From NCBI GenBank assembly GCA_025356635.1, contig JANXRY010000119.1, positions 10,128 to 74,127 on the forward strand: DNA of 64,000 nt, in the 5' to 3' direction. The position numbers and the translations under genes were made by a program. The DNA comes from Gammaproteobacteria bacterium. Its GTDB lineage: Bacteria; Pseudomonadota; Gammaproteobacteria; Xanthomonadales; Xanthomonadaceae. A model generated the notes under the pieces. The model saw only the letters and a program-made list of their open reading frames with translations. It was not told where the DNA came from and made no database searches. Positions within the stretch are counted from its first letter, which is position 1. Each line of letters opens with the position of its first letter. Positions 59,559 through 64,000 of this stretch are shown here, piece after piece.

Positions 59559-62500
59559 ATGAACCTTCGCAGCGTGCTCTTGCAAACCTCATTGGCAGCG
59601 ACGCTGGCCAGCGCCGGCCTGCTGCACTGCCCGCCGGCCTGGGCGCTCGATCCGGACAAGAAATTCCAGCATTACGTGCTCGACTCCTGGTCGATCCAGA
59701 ACGGCCTGCCGCAGATCAGCGTGCAGGCCATCGCCCAGGACCACCAGGGCTACATCTGGGTCGGCACGCAATCGGGCACGGCCCGATTCGACGGCATCCG
59801 ATTCACCACTTTCAAACCGGAAACTGAGCCGGCGATACCGGGTATCTGGACGCGCACGCTGCTGGTGGATCACGCCGGTAGCGTCTGGATCGGCACCTAC
59901 AAGGGATTGGCGGTTTACCAGAACGGCGGGTTCCGGCGCATCGCCAGCGCCGACGCCGCGCACTTCCCGATGCTCGACATCTTTGCCCTCATCGAAGACG
60001 GCAACGGCATCATCGCCGCCACCGGCAGTGGCATCTTCGACGTGCGCAATGGCCTGCTGGTTCGTCGGCAGGGTTCGCCGCCGTCGGCGCAGACCCTGCT
60101 CAAACGCGACGACGGACTTTGGGTTGGCGGTCCGGGCGGCGTGTACCGGCTGCAGGGAACGCAGTCGCACTTCCTGCCCTTGCCGATCGAGGCGAGCACG
60201 GCCGCAGTCACGCGCTTGGTTGAGTCGCAAGGTCGAATCTGGGCGGGCACCAGCGCGGGCCTGTATGTACGGGTGGGCGAACAGTGGCAAGCGGCTACCG
60301 GGCAGCCATTGTTGCGGTCATCCCCGATCACGATGATGCTGGAAGACCACGATCGCAATTTGTGGGTCGGCAGCAACGCCGGCCTGGCGCGATGGCGCGA
60401 TGGCGCCTTGGCCGAATTCGTACCGGCCACCAGCCCGGGGGCGATCAAGAGCGTCATGTCCGCATTCGAGGATCGCGAGAACAACCTGTGGCTGGGCAGC
60501 CAGTGGGATGGGCTAACGCGCATCTGGAATGGCTGGACGCGCCGGTACAGCGTCGTTGAAGGGCTCAACGACCCGCTGGTCTGGTCACTGTCGCGCGCGC
60601 CCGATGGTCGCATTTGGGTGGGAACCAATGACGGCCTGAGCGTATTTGCGGGAGGTCGTTTCCAGCAGGTGCTGCGCGGCGACCAGTTGCCGCATCCGCA
60701 CGCCTACAACCTGTTGGCTGAGTCCGATCGCATCTGGATCGGCACCCGGCGCGGCCTGGTGATCTGGCGCAACGGCAAGCTCGAGGCGCCACCGGTGTTC
60801 GCACCGATGGCCGGCGCACAAATCAATGGCATCTTTCGCGACAGCCATGGCGTGGTCTGGTTTCCCACCACGAACGGATTGTATCGCTTTGCCGACAACG
60901 TCCTGAGTCACTACGGCCAGGCCGAAGGCCTGAGCGATCTCCGCGTGCGCCAGGTCCGCGAGCTCAAGGATGGGCGCCTGCTGGCAGGAACCCAGGACGG
61001 CCTGTACGAGCTCAAGGGCGATCGCCTGATGCCACTGGGCGTGGACTCGGGCTTGCCCCCGGGCCTGGACGTGACCGCCATCGCCGAGTTGCGTGGCGGC
61101 GAATGGGTGATCGGCACGCTCTCGGAGCTGCTGTACATGTTCGATGGGCACCGTTGGCAGCCATTCGGCGCTGCGCAGGGGTTTCCCGCCAATGCGCCGT
61201 TCTACATCACCGAGGACGACGCCGGGTTCCTATGGGCCGCCGGCATCCGCGGCATCGAGCGCGCGCAACTACAGTCAATGCGCCACCTGCAGCGCGGCGA
61301 AATCCAGCACGCGCAAGCCGAGATGGTGCTCAACGAACGCGGCGACCGGCTCAGCGGCCAGAAAGGTTTCTGCTGCAACGGCGCCGGCAACAGCAAGGGA
61401 TTCATTGACCATGGCGTGCTCTGGCTGCCCAGTCGCGATGGCATCGTCAGTCTCGATACCACCGGCGTGGTCAAGAACAAGGTGGCGCCGGACGTAGTGA
61501 TCGAGCGTTTGCAGTATCTTGAGCAATGGCACGCGACCGGTCGGCAGGCGGTAGTCACACTGCCGGAGAACGCCCGCGACCTGGCCTTCGAGTTCACCGC
61601 GCTGAGTTTCCAGGATCCAGCCAGCGTCGTGTTGCGCTATACCCTGCGTGGCTACGATCACGGCTGGCGCGATCTGCAGGTGGTATCGCCGCGTTCGGTC
61701 AATTACACCAACCTTCCGCCCGGGGCGTACACGTTCGAAGTCATGGCGAGCAACAACGCCAATGTCTGGAACCGGACGCCAGCTACCCTGAACTTCACCA
61801 TCCAGCCACACTTCCAGGAAACCGGGCTGTTCTACCTGCTGCTGTCGGGGCTGCTGGCAACGATCCTGTATGCCGGCTATCGCCAGCAACGACGCGCGCA
61901 CCTGGCCAAGAGCAACGAGCTGGAGCGGCTGGTGCTCGAGCGCACCGGCCAGTTGCATGTTGCCAACCTGCAACTGGAACACGCCAGCCAGACCGATTCG
62001 GTGACCGCGCTGCGCAACCACCGCTACCTGGCCAACCAAATTCCGGTCGACCTGGCGTATTACGAACGCGAGCAGGCCCGCAGCGGCAGCACCGACTCCG
62101 CACTGTTGTTCGCTTTGGTCGAGATCGATCATTTCGAGCGCCTGCTCGCCGAGCACGGTGCGCGCGCCGGTGATCGCGTCCTGAAGCAGTTCGCCCAGGC
62201 GATGCCGCGACTGGTGCGGATCGGCGACTATGTCGTACGCGAGAGCCACGAGCATTTCTTGCTGGTGTTCCGGCCAGTCCCGCGGCAGCACCTCCCGACG
62301 ATCGCTGAACGCATCCGCCGGTGCGTGGCCGAACACGTGTTCGAACTCGGCGACGGCCTGCCCTTGCCGCTCACTTGTTCGATCGGCCTGACCGAATATC
62401 CAGTCATCCGCGACGCCCGCGGCCCGGTTGGCTGGGAGCAGATGCTGGAGCTCGCCAGTGCCGCCCTGGACTGGGTCAAGGCAGGTGGCGGCGATGGCTG

Positions 62501-62654
62501 GGCGGAACTGCGCCCAACCCGGCCAACCGAACTGGCGTTCCTGATCGGGCAGTTGCGCACCGGTCCGCAGGCACTGATCGACAGCGGCCGCCTGCAAGTG
62601 TTTAGTTCCCGGAACACCCCGCCCCCCCCCCCCGGTGACGCAACGTCAGGCTGA
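59559..62654 (+). CDS. Periplasmic propeller / Y_Y_Y sensor fused to a degenerate GGDEF domain
   Basis: ATG 59559. Signal peptide MNLRSVLLQTSLAATLASAGLLHCPPAWA. Propeller blades (GYIWVGTQSGTARF, NLWVGSNAGLARW...). TM LFYLLLSGLLATILYAGY. GGDEF fold (DSVTALRNHRYL, VEIDHFERL), but the signature reads RESHEHF. The upstream 67 codons of the track ORF were discarded. Confidence 0.85.
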   Translation: MNLRSVLLQTSLAATLASAGLLHCPPAWALDPDKKFQHYVLDSWSIQNGLPQISVQAIAQDHQGYIWVGTQSGTARFDGIRFTTFKPETEPAIPGIWTRTLLVDHAGSVWIGTYKGLAVYQNGGFRRIASADAAHFPMLDIFALIEDGNGIIAATGSGIFDVRNGLLVRRQGSPPSAQTLLKRDDGLWVGGPGGVYRLQGTQSHFLPLPIEASTAAVTRLVESQGRIWAGTSAGLYVRVGEQWQAATGQPLLRSSPITMMLEDHDRNLWVGSNAGLARWRDGALAEFVPATSPGAIKSVMSAFEDRENNLWLGSQWDGLTRIWNGWTRRYSVVEGLNDPLVWSLSRAPDGRIWVGTNDGLSVFAGGRFQQVLRGDQLPHPHAYNLLAESDRIWIGTRRGLVIWRNGKLEAPPVFAPMAGAQINGIFRDSHGVVWFPTTNGLYRFADNVLSHYGQAEGLSDLRVRQVRELKDGRLLAGTQDGLYELKGDRLMPLGVDSGLPPGLDVTAIAELRGGEWVIGTLSELLYMFDGHRWQPFGAAQGFPANAPFYITEDDAGFLWAAGIRGIERAQLQSMRHLQRGEIQHAQAEMVLNERGDRLSGQKGFCCNGAGNSKGFIDHGVLWLPSRDGIVSLDTTGVVKNKVAPDVVIERLQYLEQWHATGRQAVVTLPENARDLAFEFTALSFQDPASVVLRYTLRGYDHGWRDLQVVSPRSVNYTNLPPGAYTFEVMASNNANVWNRTPATLNFTIQPHFQETGLFYLLLSGLLATILYAGYRQQRRAHLAKSNELERLVLERTGQLHVANLQLEHASQTDSVTALRNHRYLANQIPVDLAYYEREQARSGSTDSALLFALVEIDHFERLLAEHGARAGDRVLKQFAQAMPRLVRIGDYVVRESHEHFLLVFRPVPRQHLPTIAERIRRCVAEHVFELGDGLPLPLTCSIGLTEYPVIRDARGPVGWEQMLELASAALDWVKAGGGDGWAELRPTRPTELAFLIGQLRTGPQALIDSGRLQVFSSRNTPPPPPGDATSG
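62622..62633. repeat. C12 homopolymer (preceded by CCCCG) 19 nt before the stop of the propeller-GGDEF gene
   Basis: Read directly: acaccccg then 12 consecutive c, then ggtgacg. It encodes the poly-Pro run of the C-terminal tail ...NTPPPPPGDATSG. Confidence 0.9.
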
Positions 62655-62668
62655 GCGTAGGCTGGGCA

Positions 62669-64000
62669 GATGCCCGCGTCCCTGCGATTGTCGCTGCGGT
62701 TCGTCGCTCTGGTCGGCCTGTACCTGGTCGCGATCTCCTTTGCCACCCGGTTCGTCAACACCCCCGGCGCAGTGACCCTGTTCTGGCCCGCGGCCGGGCT
62801 CGGCCTGGCCGCCGTCGTTCGTTACGGATTGCGCTGGGTCTGGTTCATCCCGGCTGCCTTGTTGTTGGCGTACTTCAGTTTCCACCGGGTTCCGGCGAGC
62901 TTCATGCCGTATTCGCTGGCCAGCAATCTGCTCGGCACCGTGGCGGGCGGCTGGCTGATCCTGCGCATCCCGCTACCTGATCATATGGACACCCGGTTTG
63001 CCTTCCGCATGTTGCGCGGCGGCCTGCTGATGTCCGCCATCAGCGCCCTGATCGGTGTAACCGGCATGGTTATTACCGGACTGATCCCGAAAGCGTCCGT
63101 GCTCGATGCCACGATCAAGTGGTTCATGGGTGACCTGCTCGGGATCGTCAGCGTCGCCCCGGCGCTGCTGCTGCTCAACTTCCGGCATCCGGCCGATGGC
63201 AGCCTTCGGGAAACCCGAGGCTACGGCCCCGAACCGGAAAAGCTCGCCTGGAACATCGTCCTGGCCATCAGCTATCTGCTGATGGCCTGGGGCGGCGCCC
63301 AGGGCAGTTCGTATGCGCTCGGCCTGAGCAGTTTGCCGCTGGCCGCTATCGTGTGGAGCGCGCTGCGTTTCGAGCCCATCCATACCGCCATCGCGGTCTT
63401 GCTCACCGAATTGCTGATCGGCGCGCTGGCCGGGCTCGGGCTGGCCGGGTTCCAGCCGCCCAACGGGCCGCTCGACAGCGCCATCCTGCTTTCCTACCTG
63501 TGCCTGCACGCCAGCTTGCCGATCATCCTGGCCCTGACCGTGCACGAGCGCCGCAATGCCACCCGTACCTTGCTGCGCCAGGCGCGCACCGACCTGCTGA
63601 CCGGCCTGCCCAACCGCAGCGCCTTCGAAGCCCGGGTCCGGTCCTTGTTGAAGGACCCGACCGAACCGCCCCTGGCGTTGGCCTACCTGGACCTCGACAA
63701 CTTCGCCCTGGTCAACGACACCTCCAGCCACGTGGCCGGCGACGCGCTGATCGTCGGCGTTGCCGGCGTACTGGGAGCGGGCCTGCCGGAAGACGATCTG
63801 CTGGCGCACCTGGGCGCCGACGAATTCGCGCTGCTGCTGCGTAATTGCAGCCCGACCATGGCCCGCGAACGCGCCCAGGCGCTGGTGCGGGCCATCGAAA
63901 CCTATCGCTGCGGCTGGCGCGGGCAAGTCCTCACCGCCACGGTCAGCATCGGCGTAGTGCCGTTTCGCACCGACGATGCCGATTTCCCCGAACTCCTCTC
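62669..64000 (+). CDS. MASE1-GGDEF(-?) membrane signalling protein, 3' end cut by the window edge. Paralogue of 57338-59524
   Basis: Not in the ORF track because there is no stop in the window. My own translation from ATG 62669: MPASLRLSLRFVALVGLYLVAISF...VTLFWPAAGLGLAAVVRYGLRW...DLLTGLPNRSAFE...YLDLDNFALVNDTSSHVAGD...LAHLGADEFALLL...TVSIGVV, open to nt 64000. Confidence 0.85.

Noticed and set aside
58037-59659. 540-aa minus-strand ORF, with similar ones at 61275-62597 and 62973-63926
   Set aside because: They are antisense to the GGDEF/EAL genes, whose plus-strand frames carry the diagnostic motifs.

Overview
This is a high-GC gammaproteobacterial chromosome segment. Sampled core lines run roughly 65-75 % G+C. 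Gene order matches Xanthomonadales/Lysobacterales. The window is almost fully coding, with about 60 genes, and I saw no rRNA, tRNA or CRISPR. The left edge (1 to about 2170) is an AT-rich islet holding a 5'-truncated Rhs core plus toxin tail, two membrane-protein immunity candidates and a second toxin-tail remnant, directly abutting divergent lptD. The rest is mostly core genome: lptD-surA-pdxA-rsmA-apaH, folA-thyA-lgt, a thioredoxin-domain protein, LemA-TPM-TPM, TerC, dgkA, a ColRS-like two-component pair, DUF962-mazG-cysQ-nudE, bioA and rsmE. Next comes the type IV pilus chemosensory cluster pilG-pilI-pilJ-pilL(chpA)-chpB-like-chpC. After it come gshB, a TonB-like protein, pyrB, ruvX, yqgE, pilT-pilU and yggS-proC, and then a phosphatase / ACAD10-11-type dehydrogenase / APH-kinase trio. 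The remaining genes are pdxH, dodecin, aroK-aroB, hemE, a propeller-type hybrid histidine kinase, YceI plus a cytochrome b561-YceI fusion, sdaA, and a run of three c-di-GMP signalling genes, the last of which is cut by the window end. Three copies of a roughly 65-bp palindromic REPIN-like element sit between convergent genes. Many long ORFs in the supplied track are antisense or extension artefacts of high GC, and the track uses ATG/GTG/TTG starts, so I re-picked several start codons by reading the sequence. The most interesting items are the orphan Rhs toxin/immunity array, the split ACAD10/11-like module, a CheB-like protein lacking its catalytic Ser, the REPIN family, the b561-YceI fusion, and a degenerate GGDEF protein with a C12 tract near its 3' end.
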